From: an uncultured Gemmatimonadales bacterium
GTDB taxonomy: Bacteria; Gemmatimonadota; Gemmatimonadetes; Gemmatimonadales; GWC2-71-9
Assembly (NCBI GenBank): GCA_963722825.1
Contig: CAVROI010000001.1
Coordinates: forward strand, 1,381,370-1,445,369
DNA length: 64,000 bases
Reading direction: 5' to 3'
Every line of letters begins with the position of its first letter. Positions within the stretch are counted from its first letter, which is position 1. Below are positions 63,376 to 64,000 of this stretch, piece by piece. A program made the position numbers and the translations under genes. The notes under the pieces were generated by a model. That model was not told where the DNA came from. It worked only from the letters and a program-made list of their open reading frames with translations, and ran no database searches.

Positions 63376-63516
63376 GCCTAACGACTGGCGCATCAGTTGC
63401 AGGCGACATGGTTCCGCCCGCACCAATCTACGTTCCACTGAACCGCCACCGGCGAGTCGGCTGCACGAGCGGAGGGCCCGCCCCTACGGCCTGCCGACTG
63501 CATGCGCGGGTTAGGC
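63376..63516 (-). repeat. attC site
   Basis: GCCTAAC...GTTAGGC. Confidence 0.9.
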
Positions 63517-63788
63517 TGCTCGCGTCGGATCGCGATCGTCGCCCGCCAGCGATCCCGCGAGGAGCTTCGGCGCCCTTGAAAATGTCCGGCGGCGCGGGTG
63601 GTCGGGCGCGGCTGCGGCGCGGCGGCCTGGCACTCCGACCGTTGGCTTCGGGCGCGCGCCGTCGGCTGCGCCGACCTGGCCACGAGCACTGGAACCTCGA
63701 CCGCTTGCGAACGCGCCGCCACTTGGAACGACAGGGCGCCACAAGGAGCCCACCAAACCAATCAGTTCTGTTCTTCGTGTGCGAGGCA
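63517..63788. other. ORF-less cassette B, copy 2
   Basis: Identical to 58586..58857. Confidence 0.7.
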
Positions 63789-63926
63789 GCCTAACGACTT
63801 GCGCATCAGCTGCAAGCGGCAAGCTTCGCGCCCGCACAATCACCACGTTCCTCTGCCGACATCACCACTCACCGCCCGGGCGGAACTCACTCGGATGCGC
63901 TTGTCGGCTGCATGCGCGGGTTAGGC
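63789..63926 (-). repeat. attC site
   Basis: GCCTAAC...GTTAGGC. Confidence 0.9.
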
Positions 63927-64000
63927 CGCCCGGTAATCGATTCTGACCCTCAGAATGTCCTGCTGAGAAGCAGACCGGTCAGGGCACCACCTATCCCGAG

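Overview
High-GC bacterial DNA; the gene style suggests Gemmatimonadota, but that is inference only. About 22.3-64 kb is a large integron gene-cassette array with roughly 50 complete or partial attC sites. Most belong to one ~130-145 bp family (+ strand GCCTAACGACTGGCGCATCAGCTGC...GTCGGCTGCATGCGCGGGTTAGGC). They separate mostly minus-strand cassettes: GNATs, VOC, cupins, SRPBCC, VIT1, RDD, a RibD/DHFR-like protein, an HD hydrolase, nine toxin-antitoxin modules and several ORF-less cassettes. No integron integrase is in the window; orientation predicts intI/attI beyond the right edge. The attC sites and genes decay leftwards, and 1-22 kb resembles an eroded cassette field. Two identical IS110 elements sit exactly in the attC R' core at a CT dinucleotide. 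Their left non-coding end folds into a readable bridge RNA whose target guides spell the attC end and whose donor guides spell the element's own circle junction. Also present: an IS30, a frameshifted IS481-like element, and IS481/IS3 remnants. All product calls come from motif recognition by eye, not database searches.
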